A stretch of 64,000 nucleotides of DNA from Candidatus Omnitrophota bacterium. Its GTDB lineage: Bacteria > Omnitrophota > Gorgyraeia > JABMRG01. The stretch covers positions 24,996 to 88,995 of the forward strand of contig JAQUQI010000005.1 in assembly GCA_028716165.1 (NCBI GenBank), given 5' to 3'. The translations under genes were made by a program, and so were the position numbers. Under the pieces are notes generated by a model. That model ran no database searches and had not been told where the DNA came from. It saw only the letters and a list, made by a program, of their open reading frames with translations. This document shows, one piece after another, positions 1 through 12,000 of the stretch (positions are counted from its first letter, which is position 1; each line of letters starts with the position of its first letter).

Positions 1-3000
1 ACTTATGTTTTTAATTTTGACGCGGAAACAGGGCGCGTTACGACCGGCGAATTAAAACGTTATGCGGACAGCGGAAGGCCGATATTGATAGCTCTTGAAT
101 ATACCCCGGGCAAAGAAGGAAAATCGCCATCATTTAAAGCCAGGGTTTTTGGTTCGCAACAGGACATGGAAGATGCCCAAGACTTGCTTACAAGCGGCTC
201 CCAGATCGTGCTTGTTTCAAAGGCCGATTCTTTTGTGGTCCATGAGGTCCAAAAGGCCGGCGAAGGATATGTGGCAAGGCTTGACGGTAACGGAGCTCCT
301 GTTGTGTGGATCCATGCGGAATATAATAAAGGCAACCCTGATGTTGAAAGATCAGGTGCTGTTAGCGCAAGCATACAGGACATGCGCCTTATTGCTGATA
401 TTCAATCTGTGTCAAAAAAACTCAGATTAAAAGGTCCAGATGGAAATGATATTACCGGTTTAGCCCAAATTACCGATGCTAACAATCTTGAATCTGTCTT
501 GAACAAAGACTTGGGAGAGCCTGTGCAGGTCTCAACAGAACTTCCGGATCATAAATACGTTATTATGGCCTATAACAGCGGCACGAAGCAGGTCCTGCCT
601 TTTTACGGCAAAAGCACGTTTGATGTTTATACGCAGTTTTATAATTCGCCCGAACACGAAAAAGAATTTGAATTGCTCAATCTTTTAAAGATAGGAAACA
701 TCATTTATACTGATGATAATTCTTCCTGGCTGGGCGGTTTTGAGCCTCAACGGGGCGGGGTGCGAAGGGCGAAGATTACCATGTTCAATGACAACAAGGG
801 GAATGAATACCCCGTGAAGATAGGCCATGACGCGCAAACAAGAGATGATTTGTATGCCTACGGCGTCCTTGAAATAGATATAAGAGATGATTCTTTTAAT
901 CCAACGGGATCATGGGTGTATTATCTTAACAAACAAGGACTTCCAATAGATCGCCTGCCGCATGAAGAGGCTTGTAATTTAAGAAATGTTAGCATAAATT
1001 TTAGCGGTAAGAATGAAAACGCGAAGCTTTTGATAAATGATATCGCGTACGGGCAAAATGCCCATGATAAGTTCGGGGCATTTTTACCTTTTGCCGCTGA
1101 TGTTTATGATGTTTCTGGCGGCGCGCCCCGGCCTGTGGGCATACATATTGATGATAGGGGCAGAAACCGTATTTATTTTGAATTTACATCCCAGGCAACG
1201 CAGTCAGCAGACGGCACATGGTCTGTTCCCGCGCTGGCTTTTTGCGATATGTATGACGACCAAAACGTGTATTTAGGTCAATACGCTTTTAATTCTATAG
1301 TGAAGTGGACCGAAGGAGAGGACGGAGCCAAGGCATATACATATGAGATAGGAAACGCTCTCTCCTGGGGGGTCGAAGCCCAGTCAGGACCGTACGCGGG
1401 CAATAAATTTGTGTATATTTTAGACAGTACCAGGAAAAAAGATGATGGTAGTTATATTATATCTAATGAAATGCTCGGCAAGCTTGGTACCACAGAGCGC
1501 GGGTCCCATATTCTTAGCGGTAAAGATTTGGATACTTTAGGCATAGATAAAAACAGCAAAGCCGTGAGCAGGATACTAAGGGCGGCCCAAATATATCAGG
1601 CGGGCTTTGAAGCCGGGGACCCAAGCCGTGTTATGCTGTTTGACAGCTCTTATCCGGGAAGGGAAAAAGAAGCGGTCGCTATGTCACAGTACCCTGGCGG
1701 TGAATTGGAAATGGTTATTCGCGGCCCGAATAGCAAGGAGATTGCCAGATTTACTTTTGGAGATAGTGACAGCTATGACACCAATAAATTCGGTCTTTAC
1801 AGAAAAATAGTTGAGGATTTTCAAACAGACCAGTCTGAAAAGATTAAACAGATGGCGTTAAGCGAGGGCATTATTACAATACCTGTTAAATTGGGTAATT
1901 ATTATATTGGTCACAGATATAATAATGAGACATCATTATATGAGCATGGTATGTTTAAAACGCTTGCAGATCTTGCGAAAGCCGGATATGCAATCTATGA
2001 TGAAATTACCGCGGCGCAAATATTCAGGCTTGACAGTGACACCCCGGCGAAAATAGAGTTTTTTGCAAACGATGGTTCAAGCCTTGGCAGGGCAATAACA
2101 GATCAAAAGCTTAGCTTGTCGGTTTTTGATAAAGGTGGAGAAAAAATAGGCGAAAACGTTTATGAGTTTGTTTTTGACAGGTTGACAGGCAATGTGGTTA
2201 TAGGCAAATTTTTGTATTTTATTGATACAAAAAAGGCTGAAGAAATGCTTGGTAAAATGCTGGAGGCATTGCGTGAAGACCCTGTCGCGCTTGAAGCATT
2301 TAACCTTTTAACAGGCGCGGGCATAAAAGACAGCGGCAAATTAAGCCAGGCGCAACTGGACGTATTGTATACCCTTATATTTAAAAATGATTTGGGAGAA
2401 TTCCATGAAAATGCCGCGGATACTGAAAAAACGCTTGAAGGCCTAAGACTTGCTTCATCAATGCTTGCAGCTTTAAGGGGTAATCAAGGCGCTTTAGAAG
2501 CGTTTAACGCATTGACTAATGCCGGATTTGCTAATGAGGGTTATCTGGCAGACAGCCAATTAGCGGTATTATACGGCATGATATATGATGGTGAGGGCGA
2601 AAAACATAAGCATGCAGGAGATCCTAAAACAACAATGGAGGGTATTATATTAGCCAAAAAGGCGCTTGACCAATTGAGGGCCAACCCGTCGGAATTAGCG
2701 GCGTTTAACTTAATAGCGGGAGTTAACATCAAGCTTTCCGGGCCGCTAACCGCCGAAGAATTGACCGCTCTATACACACTGGTATATGATTCAGACGGAG
2801 ATTTTTACAGGGATTCCGCCGGTTATGCATATACCCCTATTGAAAGTATAAAATTTGCCGGGCCCATGCTTAAGGCCCTGCGCCTTGACCTGGAAGCCCT
2901 AAAAGCATTTAATCTTTTTACAGGCGTAAATATCCAGCCAACAGGCAAATTAAGCCAGAGTCAGATAAATGCTCTTTATGGGCTTATTTATGGCGCGAAT

Positions 3001-6000
3001 GGAGACTTCCAGCCAAATGCCACAGACCCCATAGCGACCATAGAAGGTTTAAAATTAGCTGTTGCTATGCTGGACAGCCTAAGAAGCAATCCGGAGGCAT
3101 TGAAGCTGTTTAATCTTTTTACAGGCATTAATATTACTTTACAGGGAGCGTTGAACGGAAAACAAATAGATGCCTTGTATGGGTTGATATATACAAAAGA
3201 TGCGGATGGTAAAACTATATTAAAAGATAATGCCGATGACCCTGCTTCCGCTATTCAGGATATTATCACCTTCTACAACAATGTAGTCTCATATGTTATA
3301 GCCATATCAGCCAATCCCAATGCCATGGCCTTAGCAAACAGCGCTTTTGGTTTAGGCCTTACACCCAATATGACGGCAGGCAATATAACCCAGGCCCAGC
3401 TTAAGATATTCTCCAATAGCGACCTTGGCATACTCTATGATGAAGGAGGAGTTTTAAGAGATATTGATACTGTGGTGATGCTTTTTAAAAGGATGGGTGA
3501 GATATACGCTAATTGGGATAGCCAGGCGCAGTCTGCCTTGAGGATATTTTCTGGTGTGGACATAGCGCCAGGCCTAGACTCTTTAAACTCTGATCAGATT
3601 AAAGCTTTTAACACTTTACTATTTGATAGAAATGGTAATCTTTATCTTACTGATGCTGAATTTGATGCCCAAACAGTAGTAGCTAATTTAAAGAGGGTTA
3701 TTTACAAAGTAGGAGATACTTATGTTACAGAAAACGGTTTAGCGGCATACAGCCTGAATAGCAATAGCCCGGGGGTAAAACCCCTCCTGCTTGCGCAGGT
3801 TACAAAAACCGGTAAACATGATAGGATGTATATAATTGATCCGTCTATACCTAATACTGATAATGTCTATGCCGAGATTCTGGAAGGCGATATTGATCTG
3901 GATGCCGGCACTATCAATCTGAAGTTTGTTGTTAATGTAGGGCGTGACAGCGCGGGTAATCGCATATCTTCTGTCACAAACTATGATGGCCGGGAGGTCC
4001 AGAGGGGAACACTTGCGGGCTTTATAGACAGTTCCGGCGGTTATATACCGTCAGATGTTTATATAGACGATTTATCTGATATCGCGGCTGTCAGGATGAA
4101 AATTACTACATCTTTGTTTGGCCAGCAATGGTATGAGGAATATGATTTTAATGGAAACATTGTCAGAACTATAAAGCCTTATCCTGAAACAGGCCAGGCC
4201 GAGGTTGTTAAATACAATGTTAAGGAAAATGGATCATTTCCGGATAGCCGGTCATATTTATATGAATATGATAACAACTTGAACGATATAAAGACTGATA
4301 AGCCTGTTATGGATTTGAGGGAATCAAAAATTATCGGCTATACGGATATGAATGACCCTATTGCTTTTGTTCATGATTCAGTTACCGATTCTTATTGGCA
4401 GGAAATAATAGACCCTGTTGGCAGGGTAAAAGCGAAAGTAATAGGGGATTATAATGCGGCTGCAGGTATTTTTAGTCCTATTGCCATAGAAATCCCTTCG
4501 TATGATGGATATATTGGGGCATCAGCTATCGGCTCCAGCAAGATGTATGAATATTCTAAAGCTAATGGATATAATACCGCCGCGTATGCCGGTTCAAAGG
4601 TTCTTATTGAAACAGGCAAAATAGAAATTATAACAATAGACGGCCGCGTTTGTGTAAGAAGCTTTTACTTTAATAATAAGACCAATGTCAGCTGGCAGGA
4701 GATAAAAGACGCCAGAGGTAATATTATAGCTAAACTCTACCAGTATCCTGATTCGGGTTCATCCGGTTATCGCGCGTCATTCGTTGAAATTATGCAGTAT
4801 GAGCCCGGTATAGGTTCAATAGAAGGCATTGCCCAGAGCGGAAAGCTTTATTTATTCACGGGCAGAGAAGACTTGAGAGATTTTAGCATAAGCCAATATG
4901 CTGATAAACCTGTCCTGACGGAGAGTTATCTTGTAGATCATTCCGGAAAGGCTATTACTACGGTTGAGGCCCTAAAGATGGACAGCCTTGTTTACCAGTA
5001 TGAGAACAAGGTCTCAAAATTAGTATGGCAGGAAGAAAGGGACAACCGTGGACGGCTGATAGCAAAGTATACCGGTGTAAGTTCGCGTGATGACCAAGGC
5101 AACTTGACAGGTTTTTCAAGAAAGGTTGTTGAGAAGATTACGCCCACAGGCATATTGGGTGTCATGCATATATCCGCTACAAGTAATAGTTATTTATATG
5201 AAACCTACCAAGGTGAAAAAGGAAAACATCTTAGTGAATATAGACCCGAATTTGCTTATGTGTCAGCTCAAATTATCAATGATTCCGGCAATGCAGTAGA
5301 TTCGCTTGCAGGTATTGCGCAAGATAATACAGTTACTTATAGATATGTAAATCACAAAACACATTTAGTGTGGGAAGAGGTGCGAGACGGTTTTGGGCGC
5401 ATTATAAGACGCTATGACGGTGAAACTTTAGGGGACAAATCAAGCCCATTGACAGAACCCTTTAAACGTGTTCTTGTTACCGATCAATATTATGAAGGTC
5501 TCATTGGTGATTTTGGTTTAAGTACCAGCAGTGAAGTTTATTCGCTGGATGAGTCCGGTAAGAAAGTCGGTAATCCGATTGACCAATCAGAACTTTTAAG
5601 CAATAAGTTTGAAAAACTTGATTTTGAACAATTGTCCGCAACCGATAGTTTTGGCGCGCTTAAGAGTATTTTTGATGAACAGGGCAGGATATATTATCAA
5701 GGCAGCCGTGCTTACAAAAGATCTGATATACGGGGAGAGGGTTTATTAGAATACCGTGAAATAAAAAATAATACGGGATCTATTGAAGAGAGGTTTGAAG
5801 GTTACAAGGATCCAAGCGGTAAATTCGTTAGCAATCTAAAAAGATACTTTTTCTACCCGGACAGCGATATCTGGCGTTCATTTAGTATTGCCCAAAAAAC
5901 AATTCTTACTATATTTGTTGACGGCAAAGAGATTATTTTTTCTGTTGCCAATAGAACAAGTTTTGATGAACAGACAGGGGATATATCTTATAGCTGTAAG

Positions 6001-9000
6001 AAGGGCAAGGGTATTATTAATTTCCCGCAAATTACATATACCAATCTGGAGCAGAGCCTTGACCTGTTATTTGAAGATGCCAAAGGTTTTGAATATGTGA
6101 CCTATGCATGGCAAGAAATAAAAAATAATAGAGGATGGCTTGTGCAGACGAGAGAAGGGTTTGGCCTTGATGATAAAAATTTTCCGATGGGCGTTCCCAG
6201 ATACATTACTTTCTTAAAAGGTTATTCGTTGGATATACCCATTAGTTTAGAGGCTCACATATATAAATATGATGACAATGCCGGTGAGCGTCTTGACGGA
6301 CAGGTTATCCGGACAAAGCAAACAGAATCAGATTATAGGCACGGTACCAAGGTTGGGTCTCTGCAGGGCCTGCATTTTACAGATAACATAGCTGTATACG
6401 ATGTTAATGACACCCGTATCAACAGAAAGTCTGTTAATAATAGCGGATACAGAATGGACGGCAGGCTTGCTTGGGAGATTCACGCCGGGAAAATGTTTAG
6501 AGATAAGGTTTATTTAACATATTTTAATGAGTTGGAATGCGCTGATTATAGCGCGCGGCTTGTCGGTGTGCTTTCTCCGATTGCGGGTAGCAAGTTAAAT
6601 ATCACAAACCGTCTTGCCGAAATAAAACAAGAACCTTATAAGACACATTATACTATTATGATACCAAGCAAGCCCGGGTCTTATATTGTGTGGGATAAAA
6701 CGCCTGACCAGGCAAAAAATGTTTGGTTTGCTGTTGACCGGTTTATGGATGGCGATGAAATTGATACGGAAAAGGTTTCATCCAAAGGCTTTACTCGGGC
6801 CGTAGAAAACAGGAATATTTTTACAGCCCCATCTGAAGATTCGGCTCTTAACCTCGCGGAACAAGACGGGAAATATTTTTCCGAAGGGGAATTCTTGTAT
6901 GAAATTAAGAATAAATACACCCCTGTTTTGTGGAGATCCTATCATGAAAACAGCATACGAGAATACATTGGCGTTCAATTCAATAAACACATTAAAAATT
7001 CATGGTTATATAATGCTATTGTGGAATCCAATAAACGCGATACATTATCGCCTATCGTTATAACAACGGCAGTATCTTTGGCAGCCATAACATTTTTACT
7101 GCCTTTGGCATTGTTTTTGTTTACATACGTTTTGTCGTATGTTCATTTCAAAAAACTCGGCAAAAAGCAAATCGCGGATACCAAAAGTTCCGGTTTGCCG
7201 GGCGAGGGGGGAGATATTGCTTCGGGCAGGGCGCCATCCGCACAGGCGCCTGGTCACGCGTCTGCTAAAGTTTCGCCTGGCGCGCCTTCTGTGCCTGATC
7301 AAGAAATTAGGGTCAGGGTTGCCGATATAAATCGTCATTTGTATCTTAATAAAGCTTTCACTGATTATTTGATTTCTTTGTACTATAAGACTGATGAAGA
7401 ACTGTTCGCTTTGTTAGATGCCTATTATCCCGACACTCATAGTGAAAAACCCGCCATGCTTTCAGAGCGTTATAAATACAGTATGGTATTGAATAACAAT
7501 ACGGTTTCGCCTGATAGCAAGCAAAGAGCAAAGTATGATTTTGTTGATAGAGTTTTTACAAAACCTATATCATATTTGATGCTTGCAATCATGATTGACC
7601 AGGCTGAAAAATGGGACTGGATGAATAAAGGCGAACTTGATAAAGGTGACAGAATTACAGGCGGCCTTGCAGATAATTTCTGGCCGTTTACGGACAGGGA
7701 TATGAAACGGCTGTTTGAGTACTTTAAAGCAGACGGAAAAGACCCTATCTTGGAATTAGGCCTGTATAAGTATCTTGGCGCAACAACGCTCCAGCAATGG
7801 TATATGGACGCTAATATAAAGGCTCTTAAAGAGAAAGCAGATAAAAATACGACCGAGAAGCAAGCGAAAGCTAATGTTAAGAAAAAGAAAGACCATAAAT
7901 TGGAAAAAGGAAAGCTGATTGAAGAAGCTATCAAACCCGCTAAAGAGTGGCTTGCTAAAAGATATGAATATGAAGGCCTGCATCAGACTGTATACCCTAT
8001 GAAGGTTAATAAGATTATCAATCTCGTCTGGCGTGTTTTCGCTTTAGGCGGGACTGCCGGCTTGATTGCTATGGCAATAACTTCATTTTCATCGTTTGGT
8101 GTTATTGGCCTTGTTTTTACCGGATTGATCTGGTCGTTTGTCCTTGTTGAAACGCATAAAATGCTTCAATATGCGCAGTTTCATAAGAATTGGCTCCAGG
8201 GCCTTCGGACCATGTTTAAGGCCAGGGCTGATTATAAAGGCCCTCTTTCAGAGGCCGAACTAAAAGTAAAAAAGAATTTCTTCAAGGCGTATTTTGGATG
8301 GATGGGGACATACGCGGCTGTTATAGTGGGCTTTAGCCTGCTTTATAGTGTTGGCAGTATACCATGGTTTGGTTGGCTTGCCGCTATCCCTATTTTAGTG
8401 ATTTCTTTGCGGGAATCTTTCAGGAGCTGGTGGTATATTTTTACAGAATCTGCCGCCACGGCAATAAGCCGTAACCAAAGACTGGATAGCCTGAAACGGT
8501 ATGAAGATATAGGCAAACAAGAGCTTGACAGGATACGCCGCAATGAATATTTGAAGGATGTTTTTAAAGATGTTGTTATAGAAGCAACGCTTTCGGTGGA
8601 GTCAGGTTTTCATCTTATATCAAAACAGGAAGAACAGGCACTTATAAAAGTCCTGAACGATCCGAAAGCAAAAAAGTTGCCGGATCTTAAAAGCCCTCAT
8701 GCTAAACAGGAAATCATCAAATGGTTTAATACGATACTTATGTTTGATGAGGATGAATTTAAGAGAATATATGACCAGACGAAACTTGATGAGCTTAATC
8801 CGTCAATATTCAAGGGGACAGGTAAAAAGAGAGTTTTACCCACACGCGATTTTCTTGACGCGGAAGACGGTGAGACAAAGGATGCCAAGGGCGTTATCAC
8901 AGAATATACACCCGCAGGCATTATAAAATCCGGTTTTTATGTGTTTAAAGAAGAATTCAAAGAGTCGTGGGAAATTTTTCTTAGAGATGATATTTTTAAT

Positions 9001-12000
9001 GGTGTAGCAGTTGATGATGCTTTTCTAGAACGCCTGATGGATCCCAAGACAACCCTTAAACAAACCATAGAAGACATCGCGCAAAAATTAGGCAGAACGC
9101 AAAAGGATATAGAAGAATACATAATTTCAAAATGGATAGTATTTCGTGCTGACGGGTATTTAAAGACACTTCTTTTTGCTGAACGCGCGGGAGAAGCGGC
9201 ATACAGGGTTTTAATAAAGCACAAATTTAAAGACGAAAATGGCCGTGATCCAAGTGAAGCGGAAATAAACGATATTTTGAAAAAACATCTTATGTTTATT
9301 CATGTCCATGAAGATATAGATCCGGATATACAGAACTGGGGTGGAAAGAACCCTAGCGAGATTATTAATATATTATGCGATACAAACAGGCCGCAAGGAA
9401 CCTATACGATAAACGGCTGTTCTTATGCTGATACAGGTAGCGAAAAGAGCTTTAATAGAACATTTACGCCCCAGGATTCAAACAAAATAATTCTTTCAAC
9501 GAAAGAATTTAAAGGTCATGATTATCTTAAGGATGAGGCAAAAAGATGGGTTGTTAAAACCGATAAGTGGTCAGTAACAGCTCGTTTTATAGAAAAGTTT
9601 TTGAAAGACATAGTCAAAGAAGACGCTATGATTGTCAATCTGGATAGGGATCATTTTTTCTATCCATCCGAATTTTTCATGCTCCCGTTTTTAGCGCAAA
9701 GATTTACTTCCGAAGATAATCTTGGTTATCTGACCACAAGGCTTGATATGAGGACGGGGTATGTCGCCCCTACCGGCGCCGCGCATCAGGTAGCAGAAGA
9801 TACATGGAATTTAAGGACATTGCTCGCGGAAGCTCTTTTGGGCGCGTCCTCTTATTACGGCCCGGGATTAGTGCGTTGGAGTGTTATGAGGAGCTGGGGC
9901 GCTTATATGTCTAATATAGAGGACACCGCCGCGGCGCACGAAGCTATAATGGATGGCATGCGCGGCGACCATACTACCTGGATTACCTGGGGCAGGCCAA
10001 GAGAAATGGTCGGCGCTTCTATCCTTGATTTTCAGAACAGGTTTGGCGGACTTGTTATTGATGAATTTCTTTCAGTGCATTATCAGAAATTATTAAAAAG
10101 CGATAAGGCGCATTGGACTGAAAAGCTGACAATATTCCAGAATTTTGATTTTTACTTTAACAAACCATTGATACCGCACTTTAATCTACTGATCTTTTTG
10201 TTCTCATTTTTTATTAATTTTACTCCGTTTTCATTTTTTGCCCTGCCGATATTATTTGTAAGCCTTGGGTATCTGTTTTCACAGGCTATAACATCGGGAG
10301 GCATAAGATTATTCCATGCCAAACAGCCGTTTTTAAAGGCCTGGGCGTCTTATTCAAAAATGTTCTGGGGCCTTGTGTTTACTTTCGTTCCTTTGATACC
10401 CATGCACGGCGAGAAGGCATTAAATGCTTTTAAGGGTACCGCAGGAAGATTCAGCAGCGGTATTAAAGATATTTTCTACCCTGCCGTAAAGTTTAGGGAA
10501 TTATACAATCTTTACAAGCCGTCCATTCGCTGGGGAGTCGCATTATTAGGGATATTATGCTTGGCGCCGACACATCCCTGGGCTATTGTGACCCAGATAT
10601 TTTTTCATATATTCCCTATCGCGTTTATTTTTGGGCCTTTTATGAAAAATGCCCCTGCTAACAAGAAGATAGCGGCCTCTGTTTTTGGCGTAAGCGGAGC
10701 ATTGTTTGCTTTAAACGCCATCTTTGCCTTTATGCCTATGCCTTTTGTAGCGGCAGTGGCTTTAGGTATCATTATTGCCGCAGGGCTGACTGGTAAAGAA
10801 AAATATACCAAGGGTATAACGCACGGGTTATTGGCTATAGTATATTATCTGTTAAGAATAGATGATATCTTTTTTGATCGTCCCGGAGCCCGGGGCCCAG
10901 ATGCAAAAGGTGTAAAAACCAAAGTCAAAGACCGCAAGTATAGCCCCTTAATGACATCATTGCTGATATCAGTATCCCTGCCTTTTTATGTCCTGCGGCT
11001 TGATTTATTAGGAGCATTAATAAAAAAACAGGATTCAAAAGCGGAATTAGGGGCTGGTTTGGAATTGGGCCTTGATCTTTCAAGAAAAATATTTAACCCT
11101 TTGAATGAGTCTTCCGGAAAATTTGCCGCTCTCATGAACGATTCACTTAAAGCGCTTATGTCTCTGGCACAATCCGACCAAAACTTAGACGCTTATTTGC
11201 AAAATTTATTAAGCAAAGAAGATAATATTTCTAAAAATATAAGCATAAGGGTATTAAAGAACTTGCCTGTTAACGCGGCAAGGTATCTAAATGATATGGG
11301 TTCTGTTGAAATAGTTTTAAATGAAAGATTTGTGCTTTCTCTTCTTAATGATTATGACTCATACCCTGTTGTAAAATATATACTTGCCGAACGCCTGTTT
11401 CATGAATTAGGCCATGATAATAAGACTGGAACAGCGCAGGAAGAAGTTGACGAAGAGGCCGAGCTTATAGCCAGGGACTTAGAACTTCACTCCATCATAT
11501 CCTCTGATATCCAAAACGAAATCAATAAATATTTTCAAGATAAAAAACCATCTTTTCCTTCAGGTTATTATTTTGTATTTTTAGACAAACTGTCAAAACT
11601 TGGCGATGGCCAAAGATCCGCGAGTATAAGAGATTATATAAGGCAGAACGGCCTGGCTATAGGCAGGCTTAGTGATGATGAAATAAATGCGCTATCGGTT
11701 GAGGAGCTTGTTCAATTGATAGAGAGTGTTCTTGACATGAGCGGGAAAGAAATAGCGAATAAGTTTTTATTGTATTCGGCCGCGCCTGGTACCGGCAAAG
11801 GCGAAGTTATGGACGCTATCTTTACCGAAGGCAAAGGTAAATACGCTCATCTTGTTGATAAGCTGACACTTTATCACACAAGGTCTCCGCGCGTTAAAAA
11901 AGGTATATCCGAAAAAGATGGCATTGCCTATCATTTTAGAGGAGAGGACGAGCTAAGACAGCTTGAAAAAGAGGGCAAGATTATTACCGCTCTTGTAAAT

